Shown here: positions 1 through 12,049 of the stretch, piece after piece | Position numbering within the stretch: the first letter of the stretch is position 1 | Layout: every line of letters starts with the position of its first letter | Assembly: GCF_030144855.1 (NCBI RefSeq) | Contig: NC_082709.1 | Span: forward strand, 149,234,001-149,298,000 | Source of the DNA: Hypanus sabinus | Lineage: Eukaryota | DNA: 64,000 nt | Direction: 5' to 3' | Position numbers and translations under genes: made by a program | The notes under the pieces: model-generated | The model's database searches: none | The model's input: only the letters and a program-made list of their open reading frames with translations | What the model was told of the DNA's origin: nothing

Positions 1-3000
1 TGTCTTCACACCATGCTACCAGGTTCTTAATCTCCTCTCTGTACTCAGACTCATCATTACCCAAGATACGGCCTCAACATTTCCAGCATCAACAATTGTG
101 CCCCCTGGAATATCATACCTGTTACCTTGCACCTCCTCTTGTTTTTCATTTGTTTTATAACGTACTCCTCTCCCACCTAACATATCACAGTATCTTTCCT
201 CCCTTTCCCCTTTTGCATTCTTCTTTAAAAAACGGAACTAACTTTTCCCAATTTTAAGGACGATGCCTGTTCTGATCGTTTCTAACACTTTTTTATATTT
301 TGATTTCTTTTTCAGCATCTGCAGTATTTTGCTCTTTAGATTGCTGGGAATATGAACCTAGGGACTTCTATTAAAACAAAATTAATTGTAGAGAAATAGG
401 GCATATGATGGCATTTACTACACAGGTGAATTTAATTTGGGACAAAGAATGACAGAACATCAGAATATCTGGGCTCTATGTTTCATTATCACTGCATCGG
501 TGGTATTGGCATAGGGAGCAGAGAGATCCTATAACTGTAAGGATACAAGAAACCATTAACTAAGACAAAAACGTACAAGCCATGGGCAAAGGTCACATAA
601 TGAAATGTCAAATAATGAGCACTTTCATGAGTGTTCCATTTAAAACTCCAGAATATAGGAACAAGCAATGTGCTGATTGTGATGCCAATATGGATTGTCT
701 GCATCTTTAAATGACCTCCCTGTTCATGTACCTGGCAAGGCAGCTTTTAACTCTTGCTATTGCTTCTGCTTCCACCAGTTACCCAAATTCCAGGCACCTA
801 ACTGTATTAAGGACTTGCCTTGTAAATATCCTTTAAAATTTCCCCTCTCCCCTTAGAGCTACTATTAGCTTATAGGGAGGAACTGGGAAATGAAGAGAAG
901 TGGATTGGTGGGTAAACATCCTGAGTATTTAGAATTGTTTTAAGCAGAATAGGCAACCAATGATATTTCTTTTCACCACTGAGAGACTGGAATAAAACCT
1001 TGCAATTTCCATTGTTTTTTCTTCAAGGATTTAGGAACTGTAAGATTAACCGTAGTTGAAACAAAAATTTAAAAACTTGTAATGTGGTTGTTTTTGTGGA
1101 GAAAATGTTAACTGATATTATAAATAACGATTTTCCTTACATCTTCAGTTTTAGGAGGCAAATTTGCTGGAAACCATGGTACCCGTATCATTTAACTAAC
1201 TTGAAACCACATGAAGCTGATCTTCTGTGACGGTCTTTTCTGGAACATTCTCAGTGACAGAAAGACTGCTTTTGAAGCTGTTGTACATATATCATGCTTA
1301 AAGGAAATTATTCTTGCCTTCAGATTATTAGTAATTAAAGGAAATGCATAGTCTTGTATATTCAATAAACATTTAAATGCTATTCCAAAATTATCAAATT
1401 CCATAGTTAGACACCAGGTTTTAAATGCACTTATGATAGTGTGACAAAAGATATATTAATACATTTGGTTATGTTAATATACATACAAATTTCATTAGTT
1501 CTTCTTTTGGATTGTACTACATTATTGTGCAAAATGTGTGAAGTCTTGAGTTTTTCTCGTATTTATTAAAAATATATCCCAGGAGATTGAAAGACAACTG
1601 GTAAAACATGTTTAACAACTACATTCTGTTTCAAGATTTGATAGCGAACAAGGTCTACGACATGTGTGCCTAACTATTTACACTCTGCAGCTATAGTATG
1701 CATTGCAGCAGTTTGCTAAGCTTTCTTCAGCAGTGTCACATAAGCTTACAGTTTCTATTCGAAACAGAAGGGCAACAAAGGCATACTGTAAGAAGCACAA
1801 CTCTTGCAATTTTTTCTTCAAGTCATGTCATTCTGACTTAGATGTCCATTCCTTTTCATTTGCCTGGTCAACATCCTTGAAATCGTGACTGACACAAGAG
1901 CTAAGTGTAGTGAATGGAGAGGAAAGATGATTGCAGGAAGGACTGAAGAAGGATATGGAAGGAAGAAGAGAGTGAAATAGATTAAAGAAAGTAAAAGAAA
2001 GGTTCCCCAGACTTCATTGACATCAAATTCTGGGCAGAACATCTTTGACAACTGGCTAAACCAACCTAACTTTTGACATCTGTTGGTACAGGAGCAGATG
2101 GATTAGAGGAATGTGAAGGCACATGGGAGAAAGAGAAGAGGGGTTGGGAGGAGAGAGGGAGTTTTAGTAGATTATTCAGCAGAAAATAGTGGGAGCAAAG
2201 GGAAGAGGGTGGTGGTAAGAATGTGAAGAGGGTAAGGGGTACGTGTAGAAGGGGTGGGCGAGGGGTAAGTGTAGCAAAATATGTAGACAGGACCAGGGAG
2301 AGGATACGTTATTGGGGAAGTAGCTAAGATAAGTTTCCAGATAGCAAGTGGCAACCACAAAGAAAAAGAAACCTGCGACCACAAAACAATGTGTTTGGCA
2401 AAGTATTTTGAGCTATATACCTATTTTGAGTGTTTTGCTTGCGTCCATACCCATTCCGAGTATTATGCTTGCGTCTATGCTTATTCCGAGTATTTTGCGT
2501 GCTTAGCTATGCAATAGCCAATCAATTGATGAATTTGAACCGGTAACCATATTTGTGAATACCCTGCTTTTGGGTATAAGTATGACCTTCGTAAACCGAC
2601 AAATTGGGAGTTGGCTAAAGTGCGTGGGGCTGCGAACTCCTCTCTGAATAAAAACCGTTTCAGAGGTGATTCCGTGTCTCTGGTGTTTTTCCTCAACTGA
2701 GCAGGTTAATAATTTCAGGTTGACAGTGGAGATGGAGAGCAGAAAGGCAGAAACAGGAGGGTGTACAGGACAAGGTGAAACAGAAGGAAGAGGTGAGACA
2801 ACATGGGCAGAGATAACACAGCAATGGAGAAAGCTGGGAGGAGGAAAGTAGGAACAAAGCCTCTATAGCAGGCATTGATGCAACCAGTCAGAATGCACTC
2901 CAGAACAAATCTCCCCAAACTCCTAATGAAGAATAGCCACTTGTGTACCTTCTTCATGATTGCTTCAAGGATAGATGCTCTGAGATGTTGATGCCCTGAA

Positions 3001-4199
3001 AACTGAAGCTGCTCTTCATTTCCACTGCTGATCCCTGAATGAGGACTGATGTGTGTTCCCCTTCCTGAAGACAACAAACAATTCCTTAGTCTTGCTGATG
3101 TAGGGTGGAAGACTGTTATTTCACCATTAAACCAGCCCATCTATCTAGTTCCTGTACTCCTCCTGAGTTTCATCTGAGATTCTGCCAACAGCAATGATGT
3201 CGGTGGCAGTCGTGAAATAGGTCAGTGAAAAGGGGAGAAAGATGCTTGCTGATAATAGTGTATTGATAAGTTGTCCATTTTACTAAAATGGAAATTGCCT
3301 ATGGCTGTAACTAATAGAGGAGAGAAGAAATGAAATGGTGGAGAGGGAAAGAGACTAGAGTGAGGTAGAGATTGAGAGGTGGAAGGGGTAAAGGGAGGCT
3401 GGAAGGGAGAAGCTAGAAGCAGGAATCCAGAGAGGAATGGAAGAAATTGGGAGAGGAAGGTAAGTTGGAGGATGGAAGTGGGTGGGAGAATGAGGGTGGG
3501 GTGGATGAAGGAGGATGAGGATAAAGGCAGAAGGGAGGATAAACATGAATGAGTGAGGAATATGTATAAAAAGGGAGGAATGAACAATTAAAAGAAAGAA
3601 AAGGTGAAGGAGGATGAAAAAAGATAGGTTACCAATTGCCTCTTATTGGACCATTGGCCCTATTTTTAAATATGGTTATCCTGTTCAATGTTAGTACAGT
3701 CTGTCCAACAGCTGAGATAATGTTCACAATATTGGCCCCTGAGCTGCAGCAATCGAACTCCAGACATTGTGCCTAATCATTATGAAAGTATTTTGGAACT
3801 ATCCCAGCAGAGAGCCTTCTTGTGGGACTATGGGGAATCTTTCACTACAAGCACAAGAAGCCTCAACCACAATATATTCATACATTTGGAACACAATTAT
3901 TATTAATCCCGTTTCCTCTAATATTCCTTTCTTTGCACCTTGCTATATCTTTCAACTTCTTTTTCTAGTTCTGATAAAATGAATTGCCCTGAAACATTCT
4001 ATTTCCTCCTACAGCTGCTACCAGACATTTTTTCGTCTGAGTGTATTTTTAATATCTTTACAACTCCGTAGAATAATGCCATTCAGCTCATCAATTCTAT
4101 TCTGGTTCTGAGAGCATTTCCATCAGTGCTATCCCCCATAATCTATTTACAGTTGTTGCCTGTGTCTTGATTCTCCTGCCACTCACCTGTATAGGGGGC

Positions 4200-5900
4200 T
4201 ATTTACTGTAGCCTGTTAACCTACCATGGATGTGGGACGAAACCGGAATACCCACAGGGGAGAATCTGCAGACAACGCCCCTGGTCACTGAGGCTGCGAA
4301 GCAGTCACCATGCTGTCGGAAACGGTCATCTGCACACTTTAAGTTTCCATATCCTCTTCTCTTCAATACGTGCGCGCAACACAAATTCAAAACATAACTG
4401 CGGACGGTGATGATCATACCAAGCGGCGTCGCTAATCGGGCTGTAGGGGGCGAAGCGAGGAATGTTTACAGAATTACCACTCATTCACTTTCAGTTTTGT
4501 TTCTCATTTTAAACGGAGTTCCTATTTCTCGGATATGGCCACTGATCTTTGATGACTCATTCTAAATTATTTTTGAAATGAGTTCCGAAGAATAATTCGG
4601 ATATTCAAATTAATTTTGTGGCGTCCATCATTAAGGACCCCCGCCACCCAGGACGTGCCCGCTTCTCCTTGTTACCTTCAGGAGGGAGGTACGGAACACA
4701 CGCACACGCACACCATTCAGGAACAGCCATTGAACCCTTGAGCGCTACCGCACCACTTTTCTATTTCTGTTTTTTCACAACTTATTTAACACTTGCTGGA
4801 ATTCACAGTTTTTTTCTGTATTTATCATGTTTTGCCTTGTACTGCTGCCGCAAAGTTAACAAATTTCAGGTCAAATGCCGATGATATTCAACCCGATTCT
4901 GCTTTTTTGCGATTCATTAGCTAAGTATCTTGATGAATGTACTAAAGTATTTTGATAATGTACAAAACATTAATATTTGAATATTCAAAAAATTGCGGTG
5001 CTTTGCACATCATCCGCGAACATCCGCTGGCGAAAGGCTGAGCGCAACATCGTGAGTTCTTTTCTGCCCAACAACTAGTGACGGAGGGAGCGGCGCGGCG
5101 TCTTATAGGCGCTCAGCCCAGATCCTTCCTGTTTTCAATTACTTTGTGGTGGTTGTGTTTCAGGACTGGACTGCTTACGGTAAACGGAGTTTCAGAAGAT
5201 CTTACGGCTGGGACGAAATCAGGTTTTGTAACGTACGTGTGAATTATGCGTTTTTGAGGATATTTTGCAGTTATGATTTTAGCTGAACCCATAATTGATC
5301 TATTTAATATTACGAGGTCTACTAAGATTATTGATCGTGATGATGTGCTGTATCGTTCGTGCTTTATTGGGAATAGGTACTAACAAGACGTTGAGAGATG
5401 TTATTAGACCTGAAATGTCTGCAGATATCGGAGATGTAACAAATCGGAAAAATATTGGAAACACAGCAGATCAGGTCGCATCCATGGGGAGAGAAAGTAG
5501 AGGTAATATTTCAGGTTGCCGACCAGAAATGTTCCCTCATTTTCTTTTTCCACGATGACCTTCTGAGTGTTCACAACATCTACTTTTATGTGAGAGATTT
5601 TAAAAGGTTTGAACGTTGATTATGGCGGTGGAAGGATATGGAAGTACTGCACATTATATCTTAATTAGACACCATGACGATCTTGAATATTTGATGGCTT
5701 CATATTTACGGTCAGTTATTTTTAGGCAACTCTTAATCTTAAAAATACTTTTGAGGCCTTCATTAAGTTCGTATACAGTTTTTGTAGTAATGGCCTTTCC
5801 TCGGTGTGAAACCAAATCCGCTCTGGTATACCGTAACTCAGTTTTTTGAACATCTCCTTTACTGTTTGGATGGTTTGATGTGGTGCCCAGAACAGTTCTC
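4200..5900. promoter_or_regulatory. CpG-rich region; candidate promoter or non-coding first exon region of the downstream B7-like gene
   Basis: CG dinucleotides are visibly frequent (e.g. ggagcggcgcggcgtc at ~5087-5102) against CpG-poor flanks. The B7-like ATG exon begins at a splice acceptor, so an upstream exon is required. Boundaries are approximate and the TSS was not located. Confidence 0.4.
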
Positions 5901-6144
5901 CCACGTGTCGTAAAAGCAACGTTTTCTACATAAAGTTAACATAATGTCTCCGTTTTGAACTTATTTTGATAAAGGTGTTTGAGAGCTTCACGCATTTTAT
6001 AAACACAACAGCAGCAATTTATGTTAATCTTTATAGCCAGATTGTCTGCACTTGGTACTTTGATAAAGAATATGATTATGCACCGGGTTATTCGATGTAT
6101 GGATTCGAACGTTGATATCTGCTCATGTTGTGCACATTTGATAG

Positions 6145-6588
6145 TGAGAGAAATGATTAAATTAAAGACGGTTCTTAAGGAGTCCATTTAGAATGTGCTG
6201 ACACAGAAAGAACGTGCAAAGCAACTTGCAGGGCAACGTATAAACCAATTTGCAAAATCAGGATGAAACAATAGCTTGCTGATTAAAGAAGCGATACGGG
6301 TAACGGGAAGACATGCTTAACGGTTGAACAATAACGGTGTTAATGCGCTGAGGCTGATAAGTGGGCCAAAGGGTAATCACATTTGTAATTTTGTAATGAG
6401 ATTAAGGAAGAATGTCTGCACCTCACATGGGTGCAACTCACAAAGTCGTAAACAAGTAGGGTATAAAAAACTCTGCAAAGTGTAATTCGGCACTCAATCT
6501 AGCAGGAGCTGGTTGGGTCCGACTCTGCAGACTCGAAAAATAAAGTTTACCGTTCTGCAAATTGCTGAGACTCAGTGTGTTTCTGACA
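6145..6588 (+). repeat. 5' LTR of the ERV
   Basis: Direct repeat of 9247-9690 with 3 substitutions seen by eye. TATAAAA at 6462-6468 and AATAAA at 6539-6544. Confidence 0.95.
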
Positions 6589-6591
6589 ACG

Positions 6592-6609
6592 TGGGGGCTC
6601 GTCCAGGAT
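6592..6609 (+). promoter_or_regulatory. Primer binding site, tRNA-Pro
   Basis: TGGGGGCTCGTCCAGGAT matches the MLV-type tRNA-Pro PBS TGGGGGCTCGTCCGGGAT at 17/18 positions; it starts after a 3-nt spacer following the LTR end. Confidence 0.9.
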
Positions 6610-6796
6610 CCACACTCCGGCCGCGGTGGACACGAGGAAGGACATCGGAGACGGTGCACCCCGCCGAGTTTGGCGGTCCCTGACTCCTTGCTCGTCGCTC
6701 CGACGCGGCTTGAGCGAGTGATATCCGGACAGCGCAGAGCGGAAAACGGGGAGAAGGGGACAGTACCTGGTACTGGAAGTCCCCAGGACGCACCGG

Positions 6797-6802
6797 GTAA
6801 GT
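6797..6802 (+). promoter_or_regulatory. Candidate retroviral major splice donor
   Basis: ccgg|GTAAGT is a consensus donor in the viral leader, upstream of the gag ATG. Confidence 0.55.
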
Positions 6803-6959
6803 GCCTACTATTATAGTAGAAGGGTGCGGGAATAAGTAAGGACGGGGAAGACCGGGATCGCTACCCGGGGGTCCTCCTGATAAAAGTCCTTGGGACGCAC
6901 CGGGTAAAGTGCCTACTGTTGCAGTAGAAGGGTGCGGGATTAAGTAAGAGCGGAATAAA

Positions 6960-9137
6960 ATGGGAGGGGGTGGCTCTAAAAAGAAAGAGGAAACGGAAAG
7001 ACCGGGACCATACCCGGGGGTTCCTCCTGATAGCCCCCTCGGTAGAATGTTTGAGAATTGGGGATGTGGAAGACTAAAAGGGAAACAAAAAAAAAATGAT
7101 ACAGTACTGTTTAATTTGGTCGAAACAGCCGATAGAAAAACCTGGTGGCCGCGGCTTGGGTCTGAGGAGGATTGGGTACGACAAGCCTTAAACATTTACG
7201 TTAATTCAAAACCAAATGTAAAACCGGAAGAAATTGCTTATGCTTTTTGTTGGGCTCCCTGGCCAGGAGTAACAACAAAGAGTTTTAAATTGGGCATTAA
7301 AGGGGAGCGGAAGTGGGACCCACTCGATCATTTACCCCCTCCCTATGTCCAGCCTTCTGCGCCCCTTGCGGGAGCAGAGGGAGGACGTGAAGAAAGTGAA
7401 AAAACAGAAGAAATAGACCCGGAGAGGGAAGAGAGGGATGTTAGGGAAAAAGCAAAGGCAAGGATCGAAACAAGGAGTGTGACAGGAGCAGATAAGAAAA
7501 AGAAGGACGAATCAAAAAGGGAAGAGGTATCGATGTATCCCCTTCGAGAGGTTCCAATGGGAGGAGCACGAGGAGGGACAGGATTTGTAAACGTCCCTCT
7601 GACAAGTACCGAAGTACGAGGATTTAAGAAAGATATGAAAATTTGGGAAGAAATGCATGCGATTATGGGAATGCTATTTTCTGCACAAGAGAGGCAAATG
7701 ATACGACAAGCTGCAATATCAATTTGGGGAAGGGAACAGCCGAATGAGTTACCGGGGGACCGGAAATTTCCAGTAAACGACCCACAGTGGGACAAACAAG
7801 CAGAAGAGAGAAGACGGCAATATCCCATTGCCATGGAAGGGAGGAGGGGATTACAACCTGTAATTGAGACATTAGTATCAGATGGACTCCTGGAAGAATG
7901 TATGTCACCCTTTAATACCCCCATCCTACCGGTCCGAAAGCCCGACGGCACGTATCGAATGGTTCAAGATCTGAGAGGCTTAAATGCGGTAGTCCAAACA
8001 CGATACCCGGTAGTGCCTAACCCCTATACATTAATGAACAAAATACCTCCTGAACATGAATGGTTCAGTGTGATAGATCTAAAAGATGCCTTTTGGAGTT
8101 GCCCGTTGGAGGAAGGTAGCCAAGATATGTTCGCATTTGAATGGGAAAATCCCTTCACTGGGCGGAAGAAGCAACTCCGGTGGACCGTCTTGCCCCAAGG
8201 GTTCACGGAGTCCCCAAACCTATTCGAACAGGTACTGGAGCAAGTATTGGCTGGATTCCATTGTACCGAAAAGAACCAACTATTACAGTATGTTGATGAC
8301 CTACTACTATCGGGACCAGCAGAGGAGGTAGTGCGAGACGATACTATAAGACTCCTGAATTACCTAGGAGAAAAAGGATTGCGGGTGTCCAAGAAGAAAC
8401 TGCAATTTGTCGAGAAGGAAATAACATATCTCGGACACAGAGTCAGTAAAGGGCACCGCCAAATAACCCCAGAAAGAATAGCGGGAATAACTAAAATACC
8501 GCTTCCCAGGACAAAGAAGGAAATAAGACAATTTCTGGGCTTAGTGGGCTATTGCCGGATTTGGATAGAGAATTATACCCCCCTGGTGAAGTTTATGTAC
8601 GACAAATTGGCAAAGGAAGACCGGGGAATAATCAGCTGGACCGAAGAAGAAGAACAGAAGTTCAGGAAAATAAAAGGGCAACTAATTCGGGCCCCGGTAT
8701 TAACACTGCCAGCACTGGAAAAGCCCTTTCAGCTGTATGCAACAAACAATGAAGGAACTGCGTTAGGAGTACTAACCCAAGAAAAAGGAGGAAAGCGGCA
8801 ACCTGTGGCCTTTTTATCAAAAATGTTAGACCCGGTATCCCGGGGATGGCCGACGTGCATACAAGCCGTAGCGGCAGCAGCCGTACTAGTAGAAGAAGCA
8901 CGGAAATTAACCTTTGGGGGAAGAATGACGGTGTATACCCCGCACTCCGTTAGCACCCTCTTAGCCCAAAAAGCTCAGCGGTGGTTGACGGACGAAAGGA
9001 GGCTGGTGGCGAACCGCTTTAGGGGTTATAGGAGGGGGATTGATGGTCCTCCTTCTGCTACCATGTCTAATCCCCTGCTTGCGGGAGCTAGTAGCTCGGG
9101 TGGCAAGACAAGTCATGCAACCAGGGGCCCCAGCTGA
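6960..9137 (+). CDS. Deleted Gag (MA, late domains, partial CA) fused in frame to reverse transcriptase, 725 aa
   Basis: MGGGGSKK gives a myristoylation Gly2; PPPY and PSAP late domains at 7335-7364; CA-like YPLREVP...PLTSTEVR; RT motifs PILPVRKPDGTYRMVQDLR, DLKDAFW, LPQGFTESP and YVDD (8289-8300), then RQFLGLVGYCRIW. Confidence 0.9.
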   Translation: MGGGGSKKKEETERPGPYPGVPPDSPLGRMFENWGCGRLKGKQKKNDTVLFNLVETADRKTWWPRLGSEEDWVRQALNIYVNSKPNVKPEEIAYAFCWAPWPGVTTKSFKLGIKGERKWDPLDHLPPPYVQPSAPLAGAEGGREESEKTEEIDPEREERDVREKAKARIETRSVTGADKKKKDESKREEVSMYPLREVPMGGARGGTGFVNVPLTSTEVRGFKKDMKIWEEMHAIMGMLFSAQERQMIRQAAISIWGREQPNELPGDRKFPVNDPQWDKQAEERRRQYPIAMEGRRGLQPVIETLVSDGLLEECMSPFNTPILPVRKPDGTYRMVQDLRGLNAVVQTRYPVVPNPYTLMNKIPPEHEWFSVIDLKDAFWSCPLEEGSQDMFAFEWENPFTGRKKQLRWTVLPQGFTESPNLFEQVLEQVLAGFHCTEKNQLLQYVDDLLLSGPAEEVVRDDTIRLLNYLGEKGLRVSKKKLQFVEKEITYLGHRVSKGHRQITPERIAGITKIPLPRTKKEIRQFLGLVGYCRIWIENYTPLVKFMYDKLAKEDRGIISWTEEEEQKFRKIKGQLIRAPVLTLPALEKPFQLYATNNEGTALGVLTQEKGGKRQPVAFLSKMLDPVSRGWPTCIQAVAAAAVLVEEARKLTFGGRMTVYTPHSVSTLLAQKAQRWLTDERRLVANRFRGYRRGIDGPPSATMSNPLLAGASSSGGKTSHATRGPS

Positions 9138-9227
9138 TCCTGTTCAGGTACTCCTACAAAGGGAAATAGAGCTAGAGGAAGAAGCCTATGTAAACCCGTG
9201 GCAAAAGCCCAACTGATAGCACATTCT

Positions 9228-9245
9228 AAAAAGAAAAAGGGTGGA
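9228..9245 (+). promoter_or_regulatory. Polypurine tract
   Basis: aaaaagaaaaagggtgga immediately precedes the 3' LTR. Confidence 0.85.
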
Positions 9246-9246
9246 T

Positions 9247-9690
9247 TGAGAGAAATGATTAAATTAAAGACGGTTCTTAAGGAGTCCATTTAGAATGTGC
9301 TGACACAGAAAGAACGTGCAAAGCAACTTGCAGGGCAACGTATAAACCAATTTGCAAAATCAGGATGAAACAATAGCTTGCTGATTAAAGAAGCGATACG
9401 GGTAACGGGAAGACATGCTTAACGGTTGAACAATAACGGTGTTAATGCGCTGAGGCTGATAAGTGGGCCAAATGGTAATCACATTTGTAATTTTGTAATG
9501 AGATTAAGGAAGAATGTCTGCACCTCACATGGGTGCAACTCACAAAGTCGTAAACAAGTAGGGTATAAAAAACTGTGCAAAGTGTAATTCGGCACTCAAT
9601 CTAGCAGGAGCTGGTTGGGTCCGACTCTGCAGACTCGAAAAATAAAGTTTACCGTTCTGCAAATTGCTGAGACTCTGTGTGTTTCTGACA
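9247..9690 (+). repeat. 3' LTR of the ERV
   Basis: Near-identical direct repeat of 6145-6588, followed by the TSD GATAG. Confidence 0.95.
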
Positions 9691-9924
9691 GATAGCATCT
9701 AATGCCAATTGCAGCAAAGACATTTTGTTTAGAAGCAATTTCTTCTAATAGTTTTTTTGGCCTCAGTACCCATGTGTAGAACTCCTGAACGCTTAGTATA
9801 CAGGATGTAAGATTTAAAAGTGAAACTGTGTTGGAATCACCTTTAATGGTTCTTCTGAGGGATTGTTCAACTGAGTTTACAATAATTGTTTTGCTCTGGC
9901 CTTCATAAGGAACATTTACTGTCA

Positions 9925-10950
9925 GAGTCATAAGAGTCCATGGTATTACAAGAAAGATACTAGCATGAATAGACGATTGGCTGACTGGCAGGAGGCAAAG
10001 AGTTGGCATAAAGGGGGCCTTTTCGGGTAGGCTGCTGGTGACTAGTGGTGCTCTGCGGAGGTCTATATTGGGACTGCTTTTTATGTTATTGCAATGATTT
10101 AGATGATGAAATTGATGGCTTTGTGGCTAATACTGTGGATGATGTAAAGATAAGTGGTAGGGCAGATATTGTTGCGGAAGCAGGGAGTCTACAGAAGGAC
10201 AGACAAATTGGGACAATGGGCAAAAAAGTGACAGATGGAGTATAGTGTATGGTCATGCACTTTGGTAGAAGGTATAAAAGCGTAGACTATTTTGTAAATG
10301 GAGAAAAATTCAAAAATCAGAGGTGCAGATGGACTTGGGAGTCCTGCAGGATTCCCTCAAGGTTAACTTGCAGGTTGAGTTGGTGGTAAGGAAGGCAAGT
10401 ACAATATTTGCATTCATTTCAAAAGGACTAGAATATAAGAGAAAATATGTGATCCTGAGGCTTTATAAAGCATTGGTCAGACTGGGCAGAGTATTGTGAG
10501 CAGTTTTGGGCTCCTTATCAAAGAAAAGACGTGCTCCTCCAGAGGAGGTTCATGGGAATGAAAGGGTTAACATATGAGAAGCATGTACTTGCTGGAGTTT
10601 AGCAGAATGAGGGGGTGATCTCATTGAAACCTATTGAAAAACTTGGATTGGAAGTGGAGAGGATGTTTCCTTTCATGAGTGAGTCTAGGACCAGAGGCCT
10701 CAGCCTCAGAATAAAGGGATGTCCACTTAGAACAGAGATGCAGAGAAATTTATTTCACCAGAGGGAAATGAATCTGTGGAATTCATTGTCACAGGTGGCT
10801 ATGGAGGCCAGGTCATTGAGTATGTTTAAAATGGAGATAGGCTGATCAGTCAGGGTGTCAAATGTTACGAGGAGAAGGCATGGGAATGGGATTGAGAGGG
10901 ATAATAAATTAGTCAAGATGAAATGGCAGAACAGACTTAATTGGCTGAAT
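9925..10950 (+). mobile_element. CR1-type LINE, degraded 3' RT fragment
   Basis: Broken frames encode CR1 RT C-terminal motifs (NDLDDEIDGFVANTVDDVKI; ESRTRGLSLRIKG...RNLFHQREMNLWNSL). Boundaries are approximate. Confidence 0.75.
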
Positions 10951-11329
10951 GTCTACGGTCAAACCGTTGGATCTCAGTGGATCGTGTAGTATCTGTGCAG
11001 GGAAATGGACAGTCGATGATTCGAGTCAAGACCGTTCATTGGACTGAAGGATCCAGATAACGAGTGTTGACCTGAAAATCAACTGTCCATCTCCCTCCAG
11101 AGATCAAAGTCAAAGTGAAGTTATCAGAGTACCTATATGTTACCCTAGCAACATTCACTAAATACTGGAGGAACTCAGCAGATCAGGCGGCATCTGTGGG
11201 AGAGAGTAAACAGTTGACGTTTCGGGCCAAGACCCTTCTTCAGGACTGATGTATACTATATGTTACCAAATACTACCTTCAGATTAATTTTCGTGAAGGT
11301 GTTTACAGGGGAAAAAAAAACATAAAAAC

Positions 11330-11870
11330 AAAAACATGGAATACAGGAGGAATGGACATATCAGTGGGACTGTGGTTGAGAGGGTGAGTCATTTCAAGTT
11401 CCTCTGTATACACATCACTGAGGATCTCACCTGGACTGTACACAGCGGCTTTGCGGCAAAAAATGCACAACCGTGTCTCTTTCACTTCAGGCGACTGAAG
11501 AAGTTTGGCATGAGCCCCCAAATCCTCAAGACCTACAAGGGCACCATTGAGAGCATTCTCTCTGGCAATATCACCAACTGGTACGGGAACTGCATCAACC
11601 TTGATCGCTGGGCATTGCAGAGTGGTATGGACAGCCTAGTGCATCTGTGGATGTGATCTTCTCTCCATTGATGACTTTTATAGCAGCAGGTGCGTAAAGG
11701 AGGCCTGAAAGATCATCGGGAACACCGATCACCCCAACCATAAACTGTTTCAGCTGCTTCTGTCTGGCAAATGGTACCACAACATTGAAGCCAGGACCAA
11801 CAGACTGTGGAACAGCTTCTTTCTACAAGCCACTAGACATTGCGACAGAGTCATAGCACAAAGATTTTTA
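11330..11870 (+). mobile_element. Rex1/Babar-like LINE 3' fragment
   Basis: FKFLCIHITEDLTW...FRRLKKFGMSPQIL...TIESILSGNITNWYG motif. Confidence 0.65.
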
Positions 11871-12049
11871 CTCCCTTGTGTTGGTGGGATGGATGTAAGA
11901 TTTAAATAATTAAATTCAATTCAACAATAGAATTTTATGAAAAATTATTTGTGAGTAGACAAAGGGTGACAAACAACTGACAGCTAATGTGCAAATGATA
12001 AATTGTGGAAGAAATGAGTTGTAAAGGATACTTGAAAGTGAGTGTCAGT

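Larger units (their letters stand above)
6145..9690 (+). mobile_element. Internally deleted class I (gamma-like) endogenous retrovirus provirus
   Basis: Two 444-bp LTRs (TG...CA), 5-bp TSD GATAG (6140-6144 and 9691-9695), tRNA-Pro PBS, polypurine tract and a gag-RT ORF. No protease, RNase H, integrase or env ORF is recognisable. Confidence 0.95.

Noticed and set aside
489-1900. Minus-strand short ORFs and gtaag donor-like sites (~1136, ~1745), including a His-rich hydrophobic 71-aa ORF
   Set aside because: The candidate exons have in-frame stops or no recognisable domain, and I could not build a consistent gene. UTR exons of a divergent transcript cannot be excluded.
1900-3620. Purine-rich tracts (~1900-2350, ~3320-3620) producing F/L/P/S-rich minus-strand ORFs
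   Set aside because: Low-complexity GA-rich sequence; the ORFs are compositional artefacts.
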